A stretch of 64,000 bases of DNA from an uncultured Christensenella sp. Lineage in GTDB: Bacteria; Bacillota; Clostridia; Christensenellales; UBA3700. The stretch is taken from assembly GCA_964478025.1 (NCBI GenBank), contig CAYZGK010000001.1:23631-87630 (forward strand). Reading direction: 5' to 3'. Under the pieces are notes generated by a model. The model worked only from the letters and a program-made list of their open reading frames with translations, was not told the origin of the DNA and did not search any database. The translations under genes were made by a program, and so were the position numbers. Each line of letters opens with the position of its first letter. Positions within the stretch are counted from its first letter, which is position 1. Below are positions 54,304 through 63,569 of the stretch, in pieces.

Positions 54304-55620
54304 ATGTTTGAGAGAAAAATAGAAGTAGATTTAAAAGAATACTATGACAATAAAGATGATAAAATTGTTATTGTTGATGGTGCAAGACAAATTGGGAAAA
54401 GCTTTATTATTAGAGAAACGGCATCAAAAAAATTTAAAAATTACATTGAAATAGATTTAAAAAGTGATTATGAAGGTGAGCAAAATTTCTTAAAAGTTAA
54501 AACTACGAAAGCTTTTTATTTACTTCTTGGGTCTTTGTATGGAGATAAATTAAATTCTTTAGATGATACAATTATTTTCTTAGATGAAATACAATATTAT
54601 CCTCATCTTATAACAATGCTTAAAGACTTGAAAAAAGAAAATAGATATCGTTATATTGCAAGTGGATCTTTACTTGGTGTTACATTAAAACATATTTTTA
54701 TTCCAATGGGTTCGATTAATGAAATTAAAATGTATCCAATGGATTTTGAAGAATTTTTATGGGCTAATTGTGTTAGTAAAGAAATTGTTTCCTATTTAAA
54801 AGAATGTTTTACTAATAAAACTCAAGTTGATGAAGTTGTTCATAATCAGATTTTATCATTATTTAAAGATTATCTTATAAGTGGTGGTTTGCCTGATGCA
54901 GTGACTGAGTATGTTAAAAATATGAACGTTATTAAGACTAGAAATATCCAATCTCAAACATTTAATTATTATCGTGATGATTGTGCAAAATATGATTTAG
55001 ATAAAAGACTAAAAATTTCAAAAGTATATGATATGTTAATATCTAATATGCAAAATAAAGTTAAGAGAATTCAATTTAGAAAAATTGAATCTTTGGAAAA
55101 TAGTTCATTAGAAAAATATGAAGAAGAATTTGATTATTTAGTTGCATCAGGTGTTTCTTTATCCGTAAGAGCAATAGGTAATCCTAAATTTCCTTTAAAT
55201 GAAACAATATGTAAAAATCTAGTTAAACTATATTACAACGATGTTGGTATATTAACTAATTTATTATATAAAAATAATATTAGTGCAATACTTGATAATG
55301 ACAAAGGAATAAATCTTGGATCGGTATATGAAACAGTTTGTGCAATGGAATTAATCGCGCATGGACATACATTATATTATTTTGATAGTAAAAAGGTAGG
55401 GGAAGTAGATTTTTTAATAAACGATTATAATTCACTTCAAGTTGTGCCTATTGAAATTAAATCTGGTAATGATAAAAACAATTTTAGAGCGATTCCTAAA
55501 TTGGTAGATAAAAATGGTAATTATAAATTGCCTATAGGTTATGTATTTGGAAATAAAAATAAATGTGAAATTAAAGATAATTTAATAACAATGCCAATTT
55601 ATATGATAATGTTTGTTTAA
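54304..55620 (+). CDS. AAA_14/DUF4143-family ATPase with PD-(D/E)XK-like C-terminal motif
   Basis: Walker A GARQIGKS and Walker B IIFLDEIQ. The C-terminal GEVDFLINDYNSLQVVPIEIKSG shows a D...E-x-K pattern. RBS AAAGGAGAG. Confidence 0.85.
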   Translation: MFERKIEVDLKEYYDNKDDKIVIVDGARQIGKSFIIRETASKKFKNYIEIDLKSDYEGEQNFLKVKTTKAFYLLLGSLYGDKLNSLDDTIIFLDEIQYYPHLITMLKDLKKENRYRYIASGSLLGVTLKHIFIPMGSINEIKMYPMDFEEFLWANCVSKEIVSYLKECFTNKTQVDEVVHNQILSLFKDYLISGGLPDAVTEYVKNMNVIKTRNIQSQTFNYYRDDCAKYDLDKRLKISKVYDMLISNMQNKVKRIQFRKIESLENSSLEKYEEEFDYLVASGVSLSVRAIGNPKFPLNETICKNLVKLYYNDVGILTNLLYKNNISAILDNDKGINLGSVYETVCAMELIAHGHTLYYFDSKKVGEVDFLINDYNSLQVVPIEIKSGNDKNNFRAIPKLVDKNGNYKLPIGYVFGNKNKCEIKDNLITMPIYMIMFV

Positions 55621-55712
55621 TTTTTTTCAAATGACAAATACACTCTAAAGAGGTGTTTAAGTTGTTAGAAGTTGCATATATGTGATAAAATAACGAAGCG
55701 AAGAGATTTAAT

Positions 55713-56390
55713 ATGGAACTAAAATATATTTTTTTAATATGCATAGCTGCTTACTTAATAGGTTCTATTAATTTTGCAACAGTTATAGCAAGAATAAAAA
55801 ATAAAGATATAAAAAAATTGGGTAGTGGAAACCCTGGAACAATGAATGTTTTGCGCTCTGTAGGAAAAGGCTGGGGCGTTTTAGTCTTTGTCTTAGATGC
55901 TCTAAAAGGACTAGGATTTGCGCTTATTGGAAAATTTGCAACTGCTAATCCTTATGTATTTGCAGTAGTTATGGGCTTTTGTGTTGTCCTTGGACACATA
56001 TTTCCTATATTTGATAAATTCAGAGGTGGAAAAGGTGTTGCAACAACAATGGGTGTGTATATAGCAATTTCTCCAATTGCTGGTATAATTACACTTGTAG
56101 TGCTAATAATTTTCCTATTTGTAATAAAATACGGATTTATAGGTTCATTTTTAGCAGTATCTGTTTTTGCAGGACATGCAATATACTTATGTAGAAACAC
56201 ATGGTGGGCAATAGTTATAATAGCAATATGGTGGGCACTTGTAATTATTGCTCATAGAGGAAATATAAAAAGATTAATAAAAGGTGAAGAAAATACCTTG
56301 AGTTTATCTGGAGAGAATAAGGTTAAAGTCCTTGATGTAAAAGAAGAAAAAGACGATATTATAGAAGAAGATATATTAAAGAGGAAATAA
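55713..56390 (+). CDS. plsY: acyl-phosphate:glycerol-3-phosphate acyltransferase
   Basis: Motifs GSGNPGTMNV, LDALKG and FRGGKGVAT. Polytopic. It has an extra charged C-terminal tail. Confidence 0.9.
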   Translation: MELKYIFLICIAAYLIGSINFATVIARIKNKDIKKLGSGNPGTMNVLRSVGKGWGVLVFVLDALKGLGFALIGKFATANPYVFAVVMGFCVVLGHIFPIFDKFRGGKGVATTMGVYIAISPIAGIITLVVLIIFLFVIKYGFIGSFLAVSVFAGHAIYLCRNTWWAIVIIAIWWALVIIAHRGNIKRLIKGEENTLSLSGENKVKVLDVKEEKDDIIEEDILKRK

Positions 56391-56391
56391 A

Positions 56392-57483
56392 ATGAAACTA
56401 GGAGTAGTAGGATTACCAAACGTAGGTAAATCAACATTATTTAATGCAATTACACAAGCAGGAGCAGAATGCGCAAATTATCCATTCTGTACAATTGAGC
56501 CAAATGTAGGAATTGTTGCAGTTCCTGATGAAAGACTAGATAAATTAGCAGCCCTTTATAACTCAAAAAAGATTACACCAACAGTATTAGAGTTCGTGGA
56601 TATAGCAGGACTTGTAAAGGGTGCTTCAAAAGGTGAAGGACTAGGTAATAAGTTCTTATCTCATATAAGAGAGGTTGATGCGATAGTTCATGTAGTAAGA
56701 TGCTTTGAAGATGCAAATATTACTCACGTAGATGGTTCTATAGATCCACTTAGAGATATAGAAACTATTGAATATGAATTAATCTTTGCTGATATGGAAA
56801 CTATAGAAAAAAGAGCTGGTAGAGTTAGAAATGCAGCAAAAAGCGGAGATAAAAAATTCCAAGTTGAGATTGATTTATTAGATAAAATACAAAAGAATTT
56901 AGAAGATGGCATTCCTGTTAGATTAATGAATCTTACTGATGATGAAAAAGCCATTATAAAGGATTCTTGTTTATTAACAGAAAAGCCAGTTATATATGCC
57001 GCTAATATCTCAGATATGGAATTAGGCCAACCTGATTCAAAGCATGTTCTTGCGGTTAAAGAATATGCAAAAGCAAGAAATTCTGAGGTTATAGTCCTTT
57101 GTGCAAAAGCAGAAGAAGAAATAGCTTCTCTTCCAAAGGAAGAAAAGGAAATGTTCCAAAAGGATTTAGGAATAGATAAATCTGGATTAGATAAATTAGT
57201 TTCAGCTTGTTATTCACTTTTAGGGTTAATAAGTTACCTAACTGCTGGTGAGAAAGAAACAAGAGCTTGGACTGTAACTAAAGGAACTAAAGCTCCTCAA
57301 GCTGCAGGTAAGATTCATACCGACTTTGAAAAAGGCTTTATAAGAGCAGAAATTGTTGATTGGCAAGTATTGCTTGAATGTGGCTCATTTAATGCTGCAA
57401 AAGAAAAAGGTAAAGTAAGATCCGAAGGAAAGGATTATGTAATAAAAGATGGAGATGTGGTTTTATTCCGCTTTAATGTATAA
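56392..57483 (+). CDS. ychF: redox-regulated ribosome-binding ATPase YchF
   Basis: MKLGVVGLPNVGKSTLFNA, FCTIEPN, DIAGLVKGAS, and the C-terminal TGS-like block GKIHTDFEKGFIRAE. Confidence 0.95.
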   Translation: MKLGVVGLPNVGKSTLFNAITQAGAECANYPFCTIEPNVGIVAVPDERLDKLAALYNSKKITPTVLEFVDIAGLVKGASKGEGLGNKFLSHIREVDAIVHVVRCFEDANITHVDGSIDPLRDIETIEYELIFADMETIEKRAGRVRNAAKSGDKKFQVEIDLLDKIQKNLEDGIPVRLMNLTDDEKAIIKDSCLLTEKPVIYAANISDMELGQPDSKHVLAVKEYAKARNSEVIVLCAKAEEEIASLPKEEKEMFQKDLGIDKSGLDKLVSACYSLLGLISYLTAGEKETRAWTVTKGTKAPQAAGKIHTDFEKGFIRAEIVDWQVLLECGSFNAAKEKGKVRSEGKDYVIKDGDVVLFRFNV

Positions 57484-57485
57484 TT

Positions 57486-59168
57486 ATGGATTATAAGAAA
57501 AGTATTAGTGAATTAATAAAAATAGAAGGAGTTTCTCAAGAAGAAATTTATAATTTACTTGCATTGCCAAAAGACTCTAGTATGGGAGATTACGCTCTTC
57601 CTTGTTTTAAGTTTGCAAAAATATTTAGAAAAGCTCCTAATGTAATTGCGGATGAATTAAAAAATAGTATTTCTTGCGATTTTGCTACAGTTGAATCTGT
57701 AGCTGGATATCTAAACTTTAAGTTAAATAAAGAAACATTATCTAAACAAACTTTGCAAGAGATAATGGATAAAAAAGAAAAATATGGTTCATCAAATATT
57801 GGAAATAATAAAACTATATGTATTGATTTTTCTTCAGTTAATATAGCTAAACCTTTCCATATGGGTCATATGCTAAATACTTCAATTGGCTCAGCTTTAT
57901 ATAAGTTATATAAATACCTTGGTTACAATGTTGTTGGAATAAACCATTTAGGAGATTGGGGCACACAATTTGGAAAGTTAATTGTTGCATATAAATTATG
58001 GGGTGACAAACAAGATATAGAAAACAGAGGTGTAAGAGGCCTTTTAGATATCTATGTTAGGTTCCATAAAGAAGCAGAGGTAAAACCTGAACTTGATGAT
58101 GAGGCAAGAGCTTGGTTTAAAAAGATAGAAGATGGCAATAAAGAAGCTTTAGACTTATTCTACTGGTTTAAGGAAATAACATTAAAAGAAGTTGATAAAA
58201 TTTACAAAAGATTAGATGTTACTTTTGATTCTTATAACGGCGAAAGCTTCTATAATGATAAGATGCAACCTGTTTTAGATGAATTAAAACAAAAAGGTTT
58301 GCTTGTCGAATCAGAGGGCGCTCAAGTAGTTAAATTTGAAGATGATAAAATGCCACCATCTCTGCTTGTTAGATCGGATGGTGCAACATTATATGCAACT
58401 CGTGATTTAGCAGCAGCTTTTTATAGAAAGAAAACCTATGATTTTTATAAGTGTTTGTATGTTGTTGCTTATCAACAAGATTTACATTTTAAGCAATTAT
58501 TCAAGATTATAGAAATGATGGGATATCCTTGGGCAAAAGATATGGTACACGTAGCTCATGGAATGGTATCGCTAGAAGATGGTGCTTTATCTACAAGAGA
58601 AGGTCATGTAGTATTCTTAGAGGATGTATTAAACACTGCAGTTAGTAAAGCATTAAAGGTAATTGAAGATAAAAATCCTAGTCTTGAAAATAAAGATGTA
58701 GTTGCAGAGCAAGTAGGCGTTGGGGCTGTAATATTTGCAATGCTTTATAATAGTAGAATAAAGGATATAACTTTTAGTTATGATAAAGTTTTAAGTTTTG
58801 AAGGAGAAACTGGTCCATATATTCAATATACTTACGCAAGATGTAACTCTCTTTTAGAAAAGTGCGGAGATATAGTAGGCGATATTGATTATAACGGAAT
58901 AAATAATGAATCTGCATATCAAGTTGTTAGAACATTAGGAAAATTTGAAGATACATTACTTGATGCTGCAAATAAGTATGAACCATGCCTAATTGCAAGA
59001 TATGCAATTTCGCTAGCACAAGACTTTAATAGATTTTATTTTGATTGCAATATAGCAAACGCAGAAAGTGGTGTTAAGAATGCAAGGCTTCTTTTAACGA
59101 AGGCTGTAAAACAAGTGCTTTCTAATGCATTAAAGATCTTAGGTATTGCAACACCAAAGAAAATGTAA
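57486..59168 (+). CDS. argS: arginine--tRNA ligase
   Basis: Class I HIGH-type block SVNIAKPFHMGHMLNT. A central block typical of ArgS, including YATRDLAAA. The C-terminal anticodon-binding (DALR) region ends in PKKM. Confidence 0.9.
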   Translation: MDYKKSISELIKIEGVSQEEIYNLLALPKDSSMGDYALPCFKFAKIFRKAPNVIADELKNSISCDFATVESVAGYLNFKLNKETLSKQTLQEIMDKKEKYGSSNIGNNKTICIDFSSVNIAKPFHMGHMLNTSIGSALYKLYKYLGYNVVGINHLGDWGTQFGKLIVAYKLWGDKQDIENRGVRGLLDIYVRFHKEAEVKPELDDEARAWFKKIEDGNKEALDLFYWFKEITLKEVDKIYKRLDVTFDSYNGESFYNDKMQPVLDELKQKGLLVESEGAQVVKFEDDKMPPSLLVRSDGATLYATRDLAAAFYRKKTYDFYKCLYVVAYQQDLHFKQLFKIIEMMGYPWAKDMVHVAHGMVSLEDGALSTREGHVVFLEDVLNTAVSKALKVIEDKNPSLENKDVVAEQVGVGAVIFAMLYNSRIKDITFSYDKVLSFEGETGPYIQYTYARCNSLLEKCGDIVGDIDYNGINNESAYQVVRTLGKFEDTLLDAANKYEPCLIARYAISLAQDFNRFYFDCNIANAESGVKNARLLLTKAVKQVLSNALKILGIATPKKM

Positions 59169-59180
59169 TTTTTTCTTTAC

Positions 59181-59209
59181 TTGACAAAAATGAAGTCTAT
59201 CATATAATA
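59181..59209 (+). promoter_or_regulatory. sigma-A-type promoter of the cysE-cysS T-box leader
   Basis: TTGACA (59181-59186), a 17-nt spacer, then TATAAT (59204-59209). Confidence 0.65.
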
Positions 59210-59215
59210 TAGACT

Positions 59216-59446
59216 TACTGATATAAAGGCTATAACTTAATAAGAGTAGTTTTAGATGTACTATAAAGAGAGGATGGTCACCGGCTGAAAGCCATCTTGG
59301 GAGATACAAAATGAAGTGCGATTAAGTTGCTCACAAAGGAAATGTTGTGCGTGAAATGCTACGTAAATGCAAAAATGAGGGGCAATATGCCTGAATCAAA
59401 GTGGAACCACGAGTCATCGTCTTTGAATAGAGGATGACTTTTTTTA
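59216..59446 (+). ncRNA. T-box riboswitch leader (probable Cys specifier)
   Basis: AGAGA-type stem I element (AAAGAGAGG, about 59264-59272). Candidate specifier UGC at 59317-59319, in the context AUGAAGUGCGAUUAAG. Conserved T-box sequence AAUCAAAGUGGAACCACGAG (59394-59413). An intrinsic terminator follows. The genes downstream are cysE-cysS. Confidence 0.8.
59411..59446 (+). terminator. T-box attenuator terminator
   Basis: AGTCATC (59412-59418), a 14-nt loop, GATGACT (59433-59439), then a T-run to 59445. The 5' arm overlaps the T-box sequence, as the antiterminator/terminator switch requires. Confidence 0.75.
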
Positions 59447-59458
59447 TTGGAGAGAATA

Positions 59459-60133
59459 ATGGGAAAGATAAAACAAGATTTAGAAGTAGCTATGCAAAAA
59501 GACCCAGCAGCTAGATCAAAAGCTGAGGTGTTTTTTACATATGGTGGATTTAAAGCCTTATTTAGATATAGAATTGCACATTGGTTTTATAATCATCACA
59601 TGAAAACAATTGCAACAATAATTTCTGCAGGCTCTCGTAGAAAATATGGTGTAGATATACATCCAGCTGCACAAATTGCGGGTGGAGTTTTTATTGATCA
59701 TGCAGTTGGTGTAGTTATAGGAGAAACAGCAGTTATTGGAACTAATGTTTTACTATATCAGGGAGTAACACTTGGAGGAACTGGAAAAGAAGAAGGAAAG
59801 CGTCATCCAACAATTGAGGATAATGTTATGATTTCTGCAGGTGCTAAAGTTTTAGGAAATATTACAATTGGGCATGATTCAAAAATAGGTGCAGGTTCAG
59901 TTGTACTAAAGAGTATCCCACCTCATTGTACGGTTGTGGGCGTTCCTGGTAAGGTGGTTAGAATGAATAATGAAAAAGTAGATGATGTTGATCAACAATT
60001 GCCAGATCCAGTTCTTGAAGAGTTCCAAAGAATAAATAAAAGATTAGAAATAATAGAAGAAAAGTTGGGAATTAAATCTTGCAAGTATTCTATTACAATG
60101 GAAAATAATGAAGATAAATTGGAGGATAAATAG
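59459..60133 (+). CDS. cysE: serine O-acetyltransferase
   Basis: Hexapeptide-repeat acyltransferase with IHPAAQIAGGVFIDHAVGVVIGETAVIG...GGTGKEEGKRHPTIEDNV. I chose the ATG at 59459, with GGAGAG at 59449-59454. The ORF-track TTG at 59447 lies inside the terminator U-tract. Confidence 0.9.
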   Translation: MGKIKQDLEVAMQKDPAARSKAEVFFTYGGFKALFRYRIAHWFYNHHMKTIATIISAGSRRKYGVDIHPAAQIAGGVFIDHAVGVVIGETAVIGTNVLLYQGVTLGGTGKEEGKRHPTIEDNVMISAGAKVLGNITIGHDSKIGAGSVVLKSIPPHCTVVGVPGKVVRMNNEKVDDVDQQLPDPVLEEFQRINKRLEIIEEKLGIKSCKYSITMENNEDKLEDK

Positions 60134-60134
60134 T

Positions 60135-61526
60135 ATGTTAAAAATATTTAATACATTATCAAGAGAAAAAGAAGAATTTAAACCAATAGATGAAAAATGC
60201 GTTCGTATGTATAGCTGCGGACCAACAGTATATAATTATGCACATATTGGAAATTTAAGAACATATGTGTTTATGGATTTATTTAGAAGAGTTTTAAAGT
60301 ACGATGGATATAAAATTAAGGGTGTTATGAATATTACTGATGTTGGACACTTACTTTCAGATGGAGATGATGGCGAAGATAAGATGGAAAAAGCTTCAAG
60401 AGAACAAAAGAAATCTCCAATGGAAATTGCAGATTTTTATTCAAAAGTATTCTTTGAAGATTTAGCAAAGTTAAATATTGGAAGACCAGAAATTATTGCT
60501 AAAGCAACAGATCATATTGAGGATATGATTAAGTATGTTCAAGCATTAGTAGATAAAGGTTATGGTTATGAAATTGATGATGGAATTTACTTTGATATTT
60601 CAAAGTTCCCATCATATGGAAAACTTTCTAGATTAAATCTTGATGAACAACAAGCCGGTGCAAGAGTAGAAATTAATGAACAAAAACATGGTCCATATGA
60701 TTTTGCTCTATGGAAAAAGGCAGAACCTAATCATATTATGCAATGGCCATCTCCTTGGGGAATGGGATATCCAGGTTGGCATATAGAGTGCTCTGCTATG
60801 TCAAGAAAATATCTTGGAGAAACTTTTGATATTCATACAGGTGGTGTAGATCATATTCCAGTTCACCATGAAAATGAAATTGCACAAAATGAAGCGCTAT
60901 CTGGCAAAAAGTCTGTTAATTACTGGGTTCATGGTGAGTTTATGCTTGTAAACAATGGCAAGATGTCAAAGAGTTTAGGAAATACTTATAGAATATCTCA
61001 ATTAGAAGAGATGGGATATGCTCCTATAGTATTTAGATATTTCTGTGAAAATGCACATTATAGAAAGAAATTAAACTTTACTTTTGAAGGAATGGACGCT
61101 GCTAAAGTTTCATATAATAGATTACTATCTTCTTTATACCAACATAAAATTTCACAAGCACAAACAAGTGAAGAAGTTTTAGCTAAATATAAGAAAGAAT
61201 TTGAAGATGCAATTAATGACGATTTAAATATTCCATTAGCTTTAGGTGTATTATTTACAATGTTAAAAGAACCAAAGAGTAAAGATATATTTAATCTTGC
61301 ATTAGAGTTTGATAAGGTATTTGGATTAAACTTAAAAGATGCTCATGAAGACTTATCTAATGTTAATAATGATGCTCCAAAAGAAATTATAGAGTTAGCT
61401 GAAGAAAGACTTAATGCTAAAAAGAATAAGGATTTTGCAAAGGCTGATGAATTAAGAAATAAGATAAAAGAATTGGGTTATAGCATCCTAGATAGTAAAG
61501 AAGGTTATAGAATAGTAAAAGATTAA
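60135..61526 (+). CDS. cysS: cysteine--tRNA ligase
   Basis: [15 protein letters not shown].., HIGN block [15 protein letters not shown], Zn-binding WHIECS, and the KMSKS loop. ATG at 60135, with GGAGG at 60121-60125. Confidence 0.95.
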   Translation: MLKIFNTLSREKEEFKPIDEKCVRMYSCGPTVYNYAHIGNLRTYVFMDLFRRVLKYDGYKIKGVMNITDVGHLLSDGDDGEDKMEKASREQKKSPMEIADFYSKVFFEDLAKLNIGRPEIIAKATDHIEDMIKYVQALVDKGYGYEIDDGIYFDISKFPSYGKLSRLNLDEQQAGARVEINEQKHGPYDFALWKKAEPNHIMQWPSPWGMGYPGWHIECSAMSRKYLGETFDIHTGGVDHIPVHHENEIAQNEALSGKKSVNYWVHGEFMLVNNGKMSKSLGNTYRISQLEEMGYAPIVFRYFCENAHYRKKLNFTFEGMDAAKVSYNRLLSSLYQHKISQAQTSEEVLAKYKKEFEDAINDDLNIPLALGVLFTMLKEPKSKDIFNLALEFDKVFGLNLKDAHEDLSNVNNDAPKEIIELAEERLNAKKNKDFAKADELRNKIKELGYSILDSKEGYRIVKD

Positions 61527-62332
61527 TGGCAAAGTTATATTTAGTAGGAACACCTATAGGTAATTTAAAAGATATTACACTAAGAGCAATTGAAACATTG
61601 AACAATGTTGATGTTATTGCATGTGAAGACACAAGACACTCATTAGGCCTTTTAAATTACTATAATATAAAAAAGCAATTAATTGCCTGTCATAAGTTTA
61701 ATGAAAGAGATAGCATTGAAAAAATAGCAAAATTCTTAGATGAAGATAAGAATGTGGCTTTAATTACAGATGCTGGGATGCCAGCTATTTCAGATCCGGG
61801 AGCTATCTTGGTTAATGGACTTAAAAATATGGGATATAACATTGAAGTTGTTCCTGGGCCTACTGCCGTAACATCGGCTGTTGCATTGAGTGGAATTTTA
61901 AACCCTGTTTTTACTTTTATAGGGTTTTTACCTCCACAAAAAAGAGAAAGAAATGCTTTAATTGAACAATATAAAAATATAGATACATCGCTAGTTATAT
62001 ATTCTTCTCCATATGATATAAATAAGGATTGTGAATACTTATTTAAAATATTAGGGGATAGAGAAGTGTATGTAGTAAAAGAATTAACTAAAATACACGA
62101 AAGTTCAGTAAAGTATAATTTAAAAGATTTTAAAATAGAAGATCCAAAAGGTGAATATGTTCTAATTGTGCTTCCTGGAGAAAAAGTAGAAATAAAACCA
62201 GAAGGAAGCATAAAAGAACAACTTGAGGAATTATTAAAAAGTGGAATTAATAAAAAAGAAGCTATAAAAGAAGTTGCTAAGAGAAACAATCTTCCAAAAG
62301 ATGATGTTTATAAAGTAGCAATGGAAATCTAA
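61526..62332 (+). CDS. rsmI: 16S rRNA (cytidine1402-2'-O)-methyltransferase
   Basis: LYLVGTPIGNLKDITLRAIETL..VDVIACEDTR and TDAGMPAISDPG, which are tetrapyrrole-methylase-fold RsmI blocks. TAATG overlap with cysS. Confidence 0.9.
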   Translation: MAKLYLVGTPIGNLKDITLRAIETLNNVDVIACEDTRHSLGLLNYYNIKKQLIACHKFNERDSIEKIAKFLDEDKNVALITDAGMPAISDPGAILVNGLKNMGYNIEVVPGPTAVTSAVALSGILNPVFTFIGFLPPQKRERNALIEQYKNIDTSLVIYSSPYDINKDCEYLFKILGDREVYVVKELTKIHESSVKYNLKDFKIEDPKGEYVLIVLPGEKVEIKPEGSIKEQLEELLKSGINKKEAIKEVAKRNNLPKDDVYKVAMEI

Positions 62333-62402
62333 AAATCAATAAATTTATAAAATTTAAGCATTTAATTTTTACAAGTATCATTAAAGTATCATTATTTTTG
62401 CG

Positions 62403-62690
62403 ATGATTGTGTTTTTAGTGTCATATATTGCTATGTTACTTCAAATTTATTATCACTTTATATATATAGTAAGATATGGAAGTAATTATTATAATACTTA
62501 TTATTTATTTCCAGGCATTTTAATAATTCAAAGATGTGTGGAAAATGTATATTATTCTAGACTTGGCTCTGGTAGTACTATATTGTTGTTAAATTATTAT
62601 TTTGTTTGGTTTTTTATTATATTTGATTTTGCGAGTATTTTATTTTATAAAAATAACAAAGTTCAAAAATTGAGAAAAACAGAAAATTAA
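62403..62690 (+). CDS. hypothetical small hydrophobic protein (doubtful)
   Basis: 95-aa ORF, Y/I/F-rich, in very AT-rich DNA. No recognisable RBS and no family. Confidence 0.25.
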   Translation: MIVFLVSYIAMLLQIYYHFIYIVRYGSNYYNTYYLFPGILIIQRCVENVYYSRLGSGSTILLLNYYFVWFFIIFDFASILFYKNNKVQKLRKTEN

Positions 62691-62698
62691 AAATAAAA

Positions 62699-62718
62699 AA
62701 CCACGATACTTGTCGTGG
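62699..62718 (-). terminator. intrinsic terminator downstream of tRNA-Val (minus strand)
   Basis: CCACGA-tacttg-TCGTGG hairpin. On the minus strand a T-rich run (TTTTTTATTTTTAATTTT) follows it. Confidence 0.6.
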
Positions 62719-62725
62719 CTACAAA

Positions 62726-62801
62726 TGGTGGAAACAATAGGGATCGAACCTATGACCCTCTGCTTGTAAGGCAGATGCTCTCCCAGCTGAGCTATGCTTC
62801 C
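62726..62801 (-). tRNA. tRNA-Val (anticodon UAC), CCA encoded
   Basis: The minus-strand read is GGAAGCA-TA-GCTC-AGCTGGGA-GAGC-A-TCTGC-CTTACAA-GCAGA-GGGTC-ATAGG-TTCGATC-CCTAT-TGTTTCC-A-CCA. It folds into a full 76-nt cloverleaf with one G-U pair in the acceptor stem. The anticodon loop is CT-TAC-AA. Confidence 0.95.
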
Positions 62802-62894
62802 AAAGTGTTATTATTTTAACATGCACTATTTATGGTGTCAATTCAAAAAAGCGTATTGTTGACCTTTGAGTGCTTAATAAAATATAATAAATAT

Positions 62895-63188
62895 ATGAAT
62901 AAAACTGGTAGTTCATGTTGTGGATGTTTAATAGCGTTTGTGCTAATTGCTTTGTTATTAGTTTTAATAGCAGCGTTTGCTTTCAGTAAAATTTTTACAA
63001 TAAACGAAATGGATTCTAAGTTTGGAACTACTATGGCTGACCAAGAGGGAATCTTATATAATTTTGATGCAACAAAATATAAAGAGACAGACACGTTTAG
63101 ATCCATAGGATTAGACAACTGGAAACTATGGGATGTTTTTGTTTGGATAATAAAAAGTGGTAATTACTCTCCAAGTTACGCAAATTAA
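62895..63188 (+). CDS. small membrane-anchored protein, unknown function
   Basis: 97 aa from the ATG at 62895: MNKTGSSCCGCLIAFVLIALLLVLIAAFAFSKIF. This is a Cys-rich N-terminus and one TM, followed by a soluble domain. The ORF-track start at 62832 would add 21 non-hydrophobic residues. Confidence 0.4.
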   Translation: MNKTGSSCCGCLIAFVLIALLLVLIAAFAFSKIFTINEMDSKFGTTMADQEGILYNFDATKYKETDTFRSIGLDNWKLWDVFVWIIKSGNYSPSYAN

Positions 63189-63325
63189 TATTTTTTATTA
63201 AAATTTTATTCAATTTATTTAAGGATATGCCATTATATTATTAATTATTTATGGTAAAGAGAACAATAATTGCTATTGTTGTAACTAGCAGTTTCGGGTG
63301 TTTTTTTATAAGTTTTAGAAATTGT

Positions 63326-63395
63326 GCCGATTGCAATCGGCATAATTTCCGGTTTACAATCGGCATAATTTGCCGATTCCGTTCGGCATAATTTT
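63326..63395 (+). repeat. AATCGGCATAATTT word array with GCCGA..TCGGC palindromes
   Basis: CAATCGGCATAATTT at 63334-63348 and 63357-63371, and GTTCGGCATAATTTT at 63381-63395 (period 23-24 bp). The first word is the right arm of a perfect 16-bp palindrome, GCCGATTGCAATCGGC (63326-63341). The third is the right arm of an imperfect one (63372-63387). Confidence 0.8.
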
Positions 63396-63434
63396 ATTTT
63401 CTGTGTTTAAATTATAGAATGATTTTATAAAATC

Positions 63435-63521
63435 TATATGCGTTTTTTGTAGTTTTTGCACAAATCCGTATATGCGTTTTTTGTAGTTTTTTGTTATTTT
63501 TCGATTGCGTTTTTTGTTTTT
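63435..63521 (+). repeat. 23-bp direct repeat, 33-34 bp period, upstream of a DUF4143 ATPase
   Basis: TATATGCGTTTTTTGTAGTTTTT at 63435-63457 and, identically, at 63469-63491. A partial third copy TGCGTTTTTTGTTTTT is at 63506-63521. ATG at 63570. Confidence 0.85.
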
Positions 63522-63569
63522 ATATTGTATACTCAAACTATAAAAAAATAAAAAAAGGTTATTTAATTT

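Noticed and set aside
61690-62289. 199-aa minus-strand ORF covering most of rsmI
   Set aside because: The rsmI reading frame carries clear family motifs. The antisense translation is S/F/L-rich, with no motif and no RBS.
63354-63536. 60-aa, very basic minus-strand ORF in the spacer before the last ATPase
   Set aside because: It is assembled almost entirely from the two direct-repeat arrays, which is why its peptide is internally repetitive (KNYKKRIYGF..). It has no RBS. The DNA-level repeats explain it better.
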